NCBI GenBank assembly: GCA_964480435.1
Contig: CAYZSS010000020.1
Location: 1 to 15,497, forward strand
Direction of reading: 5' to 3'
DNA length: 15,497 nucleotides
Source of the DNA: an uncultured archaeon
Lineage (GTDB): Archaea > Iainarchaeota > Iainarchaeia > Iainarchaeales > 0-14-0-20-30-16
The notes beneath the pieces were generated by a model. The model made no database searches. It was given only the letters and a program-made list of their open reading frames with translations, and had not been told where the DNA came from. Positions within the stretch are counted from its first letter, which is position 1. Each line of letters opens with the position of its first letter. Of this stretch, positions 5,987-12,977 are shown piece after piece. Position numbers and translations under genes: made by a program.

Positions 5987-7663
5987 ATGGCTGAATTAAA
6001 ACACAGTTTTAAAGCAGATCATTTTGGTTCTCATTTTAAAGATTTACATGAACAAAGCGGTACAGCCCATAAAATCCTTTTGGAAAAAGAGGGTATGCCC
6101 CACAGCATAGAAAACATCGTTCGTTTTTATGCCGAAAAAAGACCAAAGATGTTTGAGTATTATATCAGGCAAATGGCCACAAAAAAAGAAATAAAGTCAT
6201 TGGCAAACCTAATTGTATTTTTTAGAGGTGGAAATGAGGAACATAAGAAAATTTCCTTAGAAATATTTAAAATTGTTGCAAGACATAACAGAGAAATAGC
6301 AGAAGAGCTAATTAAAGAAATCAACGGTATTAATCAGGGACTATCTAAACCCACAAGCCCTAAGCCTTCTAAAGCGCCTGAAGAACCAAAAAAAGGAACT
6401 ACCCCACACCCTGTGGGGCCTCTCAAAGCAGATAAGGGCAGACCAGACAAGGAAACTATTAAACCCGTGGCAGAGATAAAGGCACCTGAAAGACCAAAGC
6501 CAAAATCAGGCCCAGAAAGAAATAAAAGAAAGGCGGAAATAAAAACGACTATAATTGAGATACACAGAAGATATGGATTAACCCCCTTTAACACATTAGA
6601 CAGAGCAGTATCCATTTTAGAACAAATAGAATACAACACAGGTGGAAAAATCGATTTAGAAAAACTGACCATCAGAGATGTAACTACAGGATTACAATTT
6701 TTAATTATGAGAAATGAGGAACATATTTTAGATATAGCAGGAAAAACAAAAGTAAACGACGTATCATACACCCTAGGCAACATATACAATCAGAAAGGAA
6801 ACCAAAGAAAATATGTTTGCTGTTATACTACAAAAAATGGCGAAACAAAAATCACTATTTATTATAAAAGTGGATCTTCAGACAATTGGCGCCTTCTCCC
6901 TTTAACAGGTGATGCTGATTCACCAGGGCACTTCTACAAATCCGAAGCCGGCGAAGAATTTATTAATGCTCCTTGGCAGATTCAAAGAATACTTGACTCT
7001 AAACCATCCATATCAGTGGAAGATGATGTTTCTGAAGAATTTACTTTACTTTCCCCTGAACAAGATAAAATTTGGTCAAAAGGAGGGGTAAAATCAAGAA
7101 AAATCGCAGGAAACAGAGAGAAATTAAAAATTGATACATCAATTAAATTCCCTGGTTGGAATACTTTAGATATAACCAGACAAGAAAACCTCCCTGATTT
7201 TTCAAAGGTAGTAGCAGTATGGCCAGCACAATCTGAATTATACGGCACTGTAAAGAAGGTTAGTATCCTTAGTAAGAGTGGGTCTTATACTTGGACATTT
7301 AGTTCCTGCGCAGAAGGAGTATTCTTTTCAGGAATAGAGGTCACAAACGGAGATATTTCAAAACATGGGTTACCACAAATACCTGCCATCCACGACCCAA
7401 AAGGATTACATTACTTACTAATAACACAACCCAGAGAATACCAAGGCCAGTTATTTAGAAGACTAATAAGAGCAGAAGCAAAATATAGAAAACAAGGAAA
7501 AAGTGAAGCCGCGGACAGAATTAAAAAAATATTAGCAGTGTATGGCAGCAATGTAGATCCCAAAGACATCAAATTCGGGTATGAGAATGTAATGAAAATA
7601 TTGTTAATGCACCCTTTTATCAAAGCAATTCAAGAGCCAATAAGAAAAATTACGGGCCATTAA
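5987..7663 (+). CDS. 558-aa hypothetical protein (ORFan; helical N-domain, P/K-rich linker, ~370-aa C-terminal domain)
   Basis: This is the longest ORF in the window and is uninterrupted. Only short, low-complexity shadow ORFs overlap it. I recognise no catalytic or family motif, no signal peptide and no TM segment. Residues ~120-185 form a Pro/Lys-rich linker (SKPTSPKPSKAPEEPKKGTTPHP...ERPKPKSGPERNKRK). Confidence 0.75.
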   Translation: MAELKHSFKADHFGSHFKDLHEQSGTAHKILLEKEGMPHSIENIVRFYAEKRPKMFEYYIRQMATKKEIKSLANLIVFFRGGNEEHKKISLEIFKIVARHNREIAEELIKEINGINQGLSKPTSPKPSKAPEEPKKGTTPHPVGPLKADKGRPDKETIKPVAEIKAPERPKPKSGPERNKRKAEIKTTIIEIHRRYGLTPFNTLDRAVSILEQIEYNTGGKIDLEKLTIRDVTTGLQFLIMRNEEHILDIAGKTKVNDVSYTLGNIYNQKGNQRKYVCCYTTKNGETKITIYYKSGSSDNWRLLPLTGDADSPGHFYKSEAGEEFINAPWQIQRILDSKPSISVEDDVSEEFTLLSPEQDKIWSKGGVKSRKIAGNREKLKIDTSIKFPGWNTLDITRQENLPDFSKVVAVWPAQSELYGTVKKVSILSKSGSYTWTFSSCAEGVFFSGIEVTNGDISKHGLPQIPAIHDPKGLHYLLITQPREYQGQLFRRLIRAEAKYRKQGKSEAADRIKKILAVYGSNVDPKDIKFGYENVMKILLMHPFIKAIQEPIRKITGH

Positions 7664-7674
7664 ACAAATAGCCC

Positions 7675-7681
7675 TTTTAAA
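7675..7681 (+). promoter_or_regulatory. TATA-like box about 26 nt upstream of the MBL-hydrolase ATG
   Basis: TTTTAAA within gcccttttaaacc. A second TTTATAA lies at 7684-7690. No SD precedes ATG 7704. The start context TTATTATATATGG (7695-7707) is identical to that of the ORFan (5978-5990). Confidence 0.3.
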
Positions 7682-7703
7682 CCTTTATAATCTTTTATTA
7701 TAT

Positions 7704-8444
7704 ATGGTTACTTTTTTGAAAGCACTTAAAAAAGATAAAGAGTCCACAAAAGATATTGAAAAGATTAGCATAATTAAATATTGGCATTCTTTTGTTTTAA
7801 TTAGTTTTTTTGATAAGCAAATATTATTTGATCCTTATTTTGGAAAAAACACGCCATGTAATTTTGACATAACTGACAAACTTGATATTATTGTACAAGA
7901 TATTCCTAAACTAGATGCCATTTTTATTACTCATGAACACTTTGATCATTTTGATAAAGAGGCCGTTGAATTTTTAGCAAAAAGGGATAATTGCCCAGTA
8001 ATTGCTCCCCAGATAGTAATTAATCAACTGGATATTGAAGAACATTTAAAAAGAATAGTAAAAACTGAAGATAAAGAAAAAATAGCAAATATTGATTTTT
8101 CTGTTTTGCCTGCACAACACCCACAATCACAATACCCAGTAAGTTTTCTTTTAAGATATAAAGATAAAGAAATTTACTTTGCCGGGGACACCTTTGATCA
8201 AAACTTAGATATAAAACCAGATATTGCAATTGTTCCTTGTGGAGGAGTTTTTACAATGGATTTATTTGAATTCATTGCTTTTGCAAGAAAAACATCACCA
8301 AAAGTAATTATCCCAATACATTACAACACATTTGGTTTAATAAAAACAAATATGGATAAATTAAAAGAAAGAGCATCAGAAAAACTAAAAAATACTCAGT
8401 TACTTATTCTAGAAAATAATGTAAACACAAAAATAGACGTATAA
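7704..8444 (+). CDS. metallo-beta-lactamase-fold metal-dependent hydrolase (COG2220/UlaG-like)
   Basis: 246 aa with the HxHxDH motif ITHEHFDHFD. Downstream ligand candidates are AQHPQ, FAGDT and IPIHYNTF. The N-terminal YWHSFVLIS...ILFDPYFG resembles the GHS.F.i...ilIDP.f start of this family. Confidence 0.82.
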   Translation: MVTFLKALKKDKESTKDIEKISIIKYWHSFVLISFFDKQILFDPYFGKNTPCNFDITDKLDIIVQDIPKLDAIFITHEHFDHFDKEAVEFLAKRDNCPVIAPQIVINQLDIEEHLKRIVKTEDKEKIANIDFSVLPAQHPQSQYPVSFLLRYKDKEIYFAGDTFDQNLDIKPDIAIVPCGGVFTMDLFEFIAFARKTSPKVIIPIHYNTFGLIKTNMDKLKERASEKLKNTQLLILENNVNTKIDV

Positions 8445-8484
8445 AAAATTAAAATAAAAAAAATAAAAAAGAAATAAAAAACCC
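8445..8484 (-). terminator. oligo-T tract downstream of pfdB (end of the superoperon)
   Basis: Sense strand after the pfdB stop: GGGTTTTTTATTTCTTTTTTATTTTTTTTATTTTAATTTT (T6, T6, T8). Archaeal termination typically uses oligo-T runs. Inferred only. Confidence 0.4.
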
Positions 8485-8850
8485 TTATTTCTTATCCTTT
8501 TTCTCTGGTGCTTTTACTACTTGTTTTGCAGAGTTATTTTGTTCCGCATCAAATTTAGCTTTTAATTCTTTTATTTTTGCGGTAACTATTTTTTCTTGAG
8601 TTTCTAAAGTTTTTATTCTCAACTCTAAAGATTTTTTATTATCTTCAAGTTCTTTTATTAATTCTGCTTTTGGTTTCTTTACTAAAATCAAACCCATGTT
8701 TTTGTAACCGTGAGTTTCTTTAGTTTTATTTAATTCATCAGTATTTTCTTTTATTCTATCTATCATACCTTTAATATTCATTACTTGTGAATTAATCATA
8801 TTTAATTGATTACTGTATTGATTAAATTCCATTATCTCTTTTTGATCCAT
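8485..8850 (-). CDS. pfdB: prefoldin beta subunit with a short K-rich tail
   Basis: 121-aa coiled-coil protein with a central hairpin region (GYKNMGLILVKK). It holds the terminal position of the exosome superoperon, as in other archaea. GGGGGAG SD 5 nt upstream of the ATG. Confidence 0.78.
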   Translation of the reverse strand: MDQKEIMEFNQYSNQLNMINSQVMNIKGMIDRIKENTDELNKTKETHGYKNMGLILVKKPKAELIKELEDNKKSLELRIKTLETQEKIVTAKIKELKAKFDAEQNNSAKQVVKAPEKKDKK

Positions 8851-8869
8851 AAAATCTCCCCCAATATCA

Positions 8870-9091
8870 TCATTTATTTGAATAAATATTATCTATACTC
8901 CCTAATTTTTGTAATAATGAATTTACGTTTGCCCTTAGAGCAGTGTAATCTTTTGCAGTAGTAATTATTTCTAAGCAATCTTTTTTTAGTTTAAATTCCA
9001 TTTTTGTTCTACTATTAATTTCTTTTTCCTGAGATATTATTTTATATATATCTTCAAAGTTTTTATCAATAATTATTTTCATTTCAGGCAT
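8870..9091 (-). CDS. pcc1: KEOPS complex subunit Pcc1
   Basis: 73 aa. LEIITTAKDYTALRANVNSLLQKLG matches the Pcc1 signature (l.i.i.A.D..ALRA.lNsylr). Position between Brix and pfdB is conserved. GGGGTGA SD (9102-9096) lies 4 nt upstream of ATG 9091. This start overlaps the Brix gene by 13 nt. An alternative ATG at 9082 forms an ATGA overlap with the Brix stop. Confidence 0.72.
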   Translation of the reverse strand: MPEMKIIIDKNFEDIYKIISQEKEINSRTKMEFKLKKDCLEIITTAKDYTALRANVNSLLQKLGSIDNIYSNK

Positions 9092-9534
9092 TCTGTCACC
9101 CCAAAGTTAAGTGCTTTTTCTTTTCCTTTCATAAGTGTCAGAATTTCTTTTTCTTCAACTACTTTATAATTTGATTTAACGCTTTCAATACCAAGTAGTT
9201 TAAATAACTCTTCGTATTTTTTGCTTTTCAAATCCAGTTCTATTTCACTTGGATTATATTTTTTTATTGATAAATTAAAATAATTTATATCATACTTTTT
9301 TTCTAATTTGAAGCTACCTTTTTCTACAGAATATATTAAAATTCTTTTAGGATTACCCTTATATTCTGAAACGGAAATCAAATTTTTATACCCTTCATAT
9401 TCCATGTATTCTGCAAGTTCTTTTACAGAACTTTTTCCTCTAACGAAATAAGCTGCATCAAAAATTGAAGTTGCTTGCCTAACAAACTTCCTCAAATTTT
9501 TTCCTGGTTTTCTTGAAGTAGTTATTAAATTCAT
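9079..9534 (-). CDS. Brix-domain (Imp4-like) ribosome biogenesis protein
   Basis: MNLITTSRKPGKNLRKFVRQ matches the archaeal Brix N-terminus (liTTSRkPs..tr.f). Superoperon position is conserved. The ORF-track start (9543) is a TTG. ATG 9534 gives the homolog-like N-terminus. No clear SD. Confidence 0.8.
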   Translation of the reverse strand: MNLITTSRKPGKNLRKFVRQATSIFDAAYFVRGKSSVKELAEYMEYEGYKNLISVSEYKGNPKRILIYSVEKGSFKLEKKYDINYFNLSIKKYNPSEIELDLKSKKYEELFKLLGIESVKSNYKVVEEKEILTLMKGKEKALNFGVTECLK

Positions 9535-9561
9535 ATAGATCAATAAAAAACAAAAAAAGAG

Positions 9562-9699
9562 TTATATTGCTTTTACTGTTTTTGCAACTTTTTGTCTCTT
9601 TTTTTCTACAACCCTAAATGCACATTGTGGGCATCTTACTTCTCCTTCTATAAGGTTGTCAAATTCTCCACCACATTTAACGCATTTATATCTGCCCAT
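9562..9699 (-). CDS. rpoP: DNA-directed RNA polymerase subunit P (Rpo12/RpoP)
   Basis: Not in the ORF track (45 codons). I translated it manually: MGRYKCVKCGGEFDNLIEGEVRCPQCAFRVVEKKRQKVAKTVKAI. Two CxxC pairs (C6/C9, C23/C26) form a zinc ribbon, with the typical RCP.C..R pattern. It holds the conserved position between rpl37ae and Brix. The ATG overlaps the rpl37ae stop as TAATG. GAGTGA lies 6 nt upstream. Confidence 0.82.
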   Translation of the reverse strand: MGRYKCVKCGGEFDNLIEGEVRCPQCAFRVVEKKRQKVAKTVKAI

Positions 9700-10061
9700 T
9701 ATTCTTCACTCTCTTTTTTCTTTTCTTTTTTTGGCTTCTTTTTTGGTTTTTCTACTTCTACTGCTTCGCCTTTTTCTTCTTCTAATACTAATTGATCAAT
9801 TATTTTTTCAGTTAGTTTTGTGCTTTTCCCTACAGTACTCTTTAGTGTCTTACCCATTCTTGTTTCTGCTTCATAAGCTCCACCGCTAAATTTCTTTCCA
9901 CAGTATTCACAATCAAAAACACCTGATGCCAATCTGCTAACTTTTTTCATTCCGCAGTATGGGCAAACTTGTTTTTTAAATTTGTAAGTTTCTGCCACCA
10001 CATCATATTTTCTTCTAACTTTTCTACCATATCTTGATCCAAATCCACTTGATAATGCCAT
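9699..10061 (-). CDS. rpl37ae: 50S ribosomal protein L37Ae (eL43) with a K/E-rich C-terminal extension
   Basis: GSRYGRKVRRKYDVV...CPYCGMKKVSRLASGVFDCEYCGKKFSGGAY is the L37Ae zinc ribbon. GGTGAT SD 3 nt upstream of the ATG. The last ~35 aa form a low-complexity tail (EEEKGEAVEVEKPKKKPKKEKKKESEE). Confidence 0.9.
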   Translation of the reverse strand: MALSSGFGSRYGRKVRRKYDVVAETYKFKKQVCPYCGMKKVSRLASGVFDCEYCGKKFSGGAYEAETRMGKTLKSTVGKSTKLTEKIIDQLVLEEEKGEAVEVEKPKKKPKKEKKKESEE

Positions 10062-10140
10062 AATATCACCCTATATTTAATGGCCCTGTTTGATGTTTTT
10101 GCGATTTGAGCACAAACTCAAACTTGGCCATAATATCACC
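10057..10140 (-). repeat. copy A of the recurring intergenic hairpin element, flanked by a perfect 14-nt duplication of the rpl37ae SD+ATG
   Basis: gccataatatcacc occurs at 10057-10070 and 10127-10140. The 56-nt core (10071-10126) has hairpins at 10095-10117 and 10105-10122. A 21-codon mini-ORF (10066-10131) ends with the TGA inside the downstream GGTGAT. Confidence 0.7.
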
Positions 10141-10142
10141 AC

Positions 10143-10928
10143 TTATAGTTTTTCTATAATTTTCCTTATTTCTTTATATTTTTTCTTAGATGTTTTTATT
10201 ATCTCTTTTAACTCTTCTAAAGTAAAAAAGCCTTTTTCTCCTTTTTGTAAAGCACAAATATTCAAATTATCATCCAGAGTTATTGATAATCTTGCCTCTG
10301 TTGCATAATCTTCATTTAAATCTGGGTCCAATATTATTTTATTACTTACCTTAGAATAAGTAGTCATCACAGGCAGTTTATCTAAAACAAGGTTTCCACT
10401 TGTTTCCCCTTTAATAACATTATATTCTTTATCTAATTTTGGCATTTTTGTTGTTTTTAGTGCTGCTATTGCTGCCAAATAGCAAGCATCAAATAAATTA
10501 CCATCATGGTTCAAAACATACATATCAACATAAACAAAGCATGCTTTTTCCCCTGGCACTAGGCACAATTTTTTAAAATCTATTGTTTTCGCTTCCCTTA
10601 TTCCTCTATCAACAACTCTTCCTAATTCAATTGATGTTTCATTAGGAGGACCAGCATTAAAATCAGGAGATCCAATTGGACTAAGTTCCACACCTACTGT
10701 TATACCCCCTTCTTCAGGAGAATCAGGATATGGCTGTCCAATTTCTATTTTTGTACCCGCATAAACTAATGTGTTTCCCAATTGTACTTTTGCACAACCT
10801 GCTGCATTTTTTAGGAAGCCAGTCTCAATTTTTATTTCTCTATATTCATCATCTTTTCTTCCTTTTGTTCTTTCGCCTTTGGCTAATTTATTTTTTGTTA
10901 ATTCAATATCATACACATAATTTAACAT
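10143..10928 (-). CDS. rrp42: exosome complex component Rrp42 (RNase PH-like, non-catalytic)
   Basis: 261-aa RNase PH fold (R.DGR-like KGRKDDEYREIKIETG..., AIAALK). It immediately follows rrp41 in the conserved rrp4-rrp41-rrp42 order. Confidence 0.9.
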   Translation of the reverse strand: MLNYVYDIELTKNKLAKGERTKGRKDDEYREIKIETGFLKNAAGCAKVQLGNTLVYAGTKIEIGQPYPDSPEEGGITVGVELSPIGSPDFNAGPPNETSIELGRVVDRGIREAKTIDFKKLCLVPGEKACFVYVDMYVLNHDGNLFDACYLAAIAALKTTKMPKLDKEYNVIKGETSGNLVLDKLPVMTTYSKVSNKIILDPDLNEDYATEARLSITLDDNLNICALQKGEKGFFTLEELKEIIKTSKKKYKEIRKIIEKL

Positions 10929-10940
10929 TATCTCAACTCC

Positions 10941-11642
10941 TTACTTTAAAGTTTTAAATTTTGACTTCAAAGCATCCACTTGCATTCCTCTTATTTCTTG
11001 ACACTTTTCTTTAGCTATTTTTATTGCTTTGTCATATTCATCTTCACTTAATACTCCATCCATTTGCAATAGAACAACCTCTTCACTATTTGGAAGCATA
11101 GCAAAAGCCATATCCACAGCATCAGGAGCATCTTCTTCAGATTTAGTCAAATCAGCAAGTATGTTTCCATTTGCTTTACCAACTGAAACTGAAGCAATTA
11201 AATCTTTCATTGGTATTCCCGCATCTGCTAAAGCAACAGCAGCAGCAGTTAATGCAGATACTCTTGTTCCTGCATCAGCATCTAAAATTTGAGCATAAAC
11301 ATCAACTGTCATACCAGGAAATTCTTCAAGCATAACTGTATGTGACAAAGCCTCTCCAACAACTTTTGATATTTCAATATCTCTTCTTCCAGGTTTAGGG
11401 TTCTTTCTTTCAGAAACTGAAAAAGGAGCCATCCTGTATGTGAATGTTACTCTTCCCTTTGTTGGATCTGACAAATGTTTTGGTAATAATTCTCTTGGTC
11501 CATAAACCGCCACAATTACCTTGTTATGACCCCATTCTAAATACGCTGAACCATCTGCTCTACCTATCACAGAAGGTATTATTTTTATTGGTCTTAATTC
11601 GTTTAAATCTCTACCATCAATTCTTTTCTTTACCATATTCAT
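10941..11642 (-). CDS. rrp41: exosome complex exonuclease Rrp41 (RNase PH)
   Basis: RIDGRDLNELRPIKI, GSAYLEWGHNKV and ILDADAGTRVSALTAAAVALADAGIPM are the RNase PH / Rrp41 phosphate-binding and active-site blocks. SD spacing (AGGTGT directly abutting the first ATG) suggests the third-codon ATG at 11636 may be the true start. Confidence 0.92.
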   Translation of the reverse strand: MNMVKKRIDGRDLNELRPIKIIPSVIGRADGSAYLEWGHNKVIVAVYGPRELLPKHLSDPTKGRVTFTYRMAPFSVSERKNPKPGRRDIEISKVVGEALSHTVMLEEFPGMTVDVYAQILDADAGTRVSALTAAAVALADAGIPMKDLIASVSVGKANGNILADLTKSEEDAPDAVDMAFAMLPNSEEVVLLQMDGVLSEDEYDKAIKIAKEKCQEIRGMQVDALKSKFKTLK

Positions 11643-11648
11643 ACACCT

Positions 11649-12254
11649 TTATTTTTTAACATTCATTTTATCTAAAACATCACTTACCTTATTTGTAAGA
11701 TTATCTTCGTGGCTGTATTCTTCAATAAAAGAAATTATCTCTTTTACTTTTTCCATATTTTCTCCAATTACGTACACCAGTCCATTTAATCCAATAACTA
11801 ATCTTGAGTTTGTTTTTGTCTCTATTAATGTTTGCATAGATTTATTTTTTCCTATCAATCTTGCAACTTTTCTAGGATTTACTTTAACTAACTCCCCACC
11901 AGTTAATTTACTAATTATTTCGATATCTATATCCTTTACTTCATTTACTGTTTTTACTCTTAGTAAATAAATATCGTAAAGTTTTGCTGTTTGATTTCTT
12001 TTAAAAAATACCCCTTGTTTGTGACTGTTTATGTCAAGCAAATAAACATAGTTATCTTCGTTTTGAACAACCCCGACAATTATATCGCTTTCTTTAGGAA
12101 CATATTTTCCAGAAATAGGTATTACTTTTACCCCATCATCTTTATACAAAATACCCAAATATTTTGAGTATGCTTTTCCATTTTTCTTGTAGGTTCCAAA
12201 ACCAGTTTTTGTATTTTCCTTAATTTCGTCTCCAGGAAATATTATCTCTTTCAT
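11649..12254 (-). CDS. rrp4: exosome RNA-binding subunit Rrp4 (N-terminal domain, S1 and KH)
   Basis: N-terminal IFPGDEI. S1-like DIIVGVVQNEDNYVYLLDINSHKQGVF. KH-like VNPRKVARLIGKNKSMQTLIETKTNSRLVIGLNGLVYV. Position upstream of rrp41 is conserved. GGTGAT SD 5 nt upstream. At 201 aa it is shorter than typical Rrp4. Confidence 0.85.
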   Translation of the reverse strand: MKEIIFPGDEIKENTKTGFGTYKKNGKAYSKYLGILYKDDGVKVIPISGKYVPKESDIIVGVVQNEDNYVYLLDINSHKQGVFFKRNQTAKLYDIYLLRVKTVNEVKDIDIEIISKLTGGELVKVNPRKVARLIGKNKSMQTLIETKTNSRLVIGLNGLVYVIGENMEKVKEIISFIEEYSHEDNLTNKVSDVLDKMNVKK

Positions 12255-12281
12255 CTTTCATCACCTTTTGGTTTTTATCAT

Positions 12282-12965
12282 TCATTCAAAAATTACTTGA
12301 CCGGAAGTTAGGCCGTAAACTCCATTTGTAACTTCTTGTTTCATTCCGCTACTTACTTTTATTTTTATGTACAGGCCATCTCCCCATTTTTTTTCTACTA
12401 TTTCAAATTTATTCAAATAACCTAACACTTTATTTGCAAAACTTATTGGTACTTTCATTGACATTGTTTCTTGATCAAAAGACATTGGCAGAATTGGTTT
12501 TAATTTTTCAATTATTGATTCCAATTGTTTTTTCATTGGCTTTGTAGGGTCCAATGTTACTCTTGCTTGATCCATGGCTAATTCTATTCTTTGTGGAGGG
12601 TGTGGTGTTTTTGTAAGAGGATTTATTGAATTTTTTGAAATATATACTATTGCTTCTTTTCTTAATTGTTCAATTTTTTTTCTTTTTTGTTCTGTTGTTA
12701 ATTCCACTCTTCCCTCTAGAATAATTTCTTTAGCAATAGGCAAAATTTCTTCAGTTTCAAAAGCATCAAGAAGGTCTTTAGAACTTGCTTTTTCACCTTT
12801 ATTTGAGTCTTTATATACATCCTCAGATGCTAACAAATTACTTAGTAATGGTTCTATAGGTTTTCCACCCCTTACTTCTAAAGCAAGATCAGCATCAACT
12901 AAGATTTCAAAATGTTTTCCATTTTTATCATAATTTGCAATTATTGCTTTATCAACTGTTACCAT
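12282..12965 (-). CDS. SBDS-family ribosome maturation protein (Sdo1 orthologue)
   Basis: 227 aa. The N-terminal FYSH-like region (AIIANYDKNGKHFEILVD...EDVYKDSNKGEKAS) and the position between psmA and rrp4 are characteristic of archaeal SBDS. Confidence 0.88.
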   Translation of the reverse strand: MVTVDKAIIANYDKNGKHFEILVDADLALEVRGGKPIEPLLSNLLASEDVYKDSNKGEKASSKDLLDAFETEEILPIAKEIILEGRVELTTEQKRKKIEQLRKEAIVYISKNSINPLTKTPHPPQRIELAMDQARVTLDPTKPMKKQLESIIEKLKPILPMSFDQETMSMKVPISFANKVLGYLNKFEIVEKKWGDGLYIKIKVSSGMKQEVTNGVYGLTSGQVIFE

Positions 12966-12977
12966 TAAATACCACTT

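Noticed and set aside
6231-6725. Exact 15-nt repeat gaaatgaggaacata at 6231-6245 and 6711-6725, spaced 480 nt apart and in frame (both encode NEEH) within the ORFan
   Set aside because: The flanking protein similarity is weak (L.F....NEEH...L[ED]I). A single 15-mer match in 15 kb of biased sequence is not far from chance expectation. I cannot demonstrate an internal domain duplication without a profile-level self-comparison.
6334-7623. Minus-strand ORFs 6334-6789, 6982-7248 and 7411-7623, and plus-strand ORF 6909-7091, all inside the 558-aa gene
   Set aside because: They are shadow ORFs fully nested in the much longer ORF. Their products are low-complexity or hydrophobic, and none has an SD or promoter. 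The 6334-6789 ORF is simply the antisense of the GC-richer Pro/Lys linker.
8020-8229. Minus-strand ORF 8020-8229 inside the MBL-hydrolase gene
   Set aside because: It is a shadow ORF nested in a gene with a clear HxHxDH motif.
9592-9889. Plus-strand ORFs 9592-9795 and 9656-9889 encoding F/L/S-rich peptides
   Set aside because: They are the antisense translation of rpoP and of the K/E-rich tail of rpl37ae. The minus strand carries recognisable conserved genes in the correct synteny.
10071-10126. Possibility that the intergenic element encodes a C/D-box sRNA or a K-turn (L7Ae) site
   Set aside because: The core has no RUGAUGA/CUGA box pair in the required arrangement on either strand. Only GUGAU from the SD resembles part of a C box.
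10090-12933. Plus-strand ORFs 10090-10308, 10730-10957, 11029-11292, 11444-11659 and 12574-12933
   Set aside because: They lie antisense to rrp42, rrp41, rrp4 and SBDS, which have strong family signatures. They have no start-site signals and low-complexity products.
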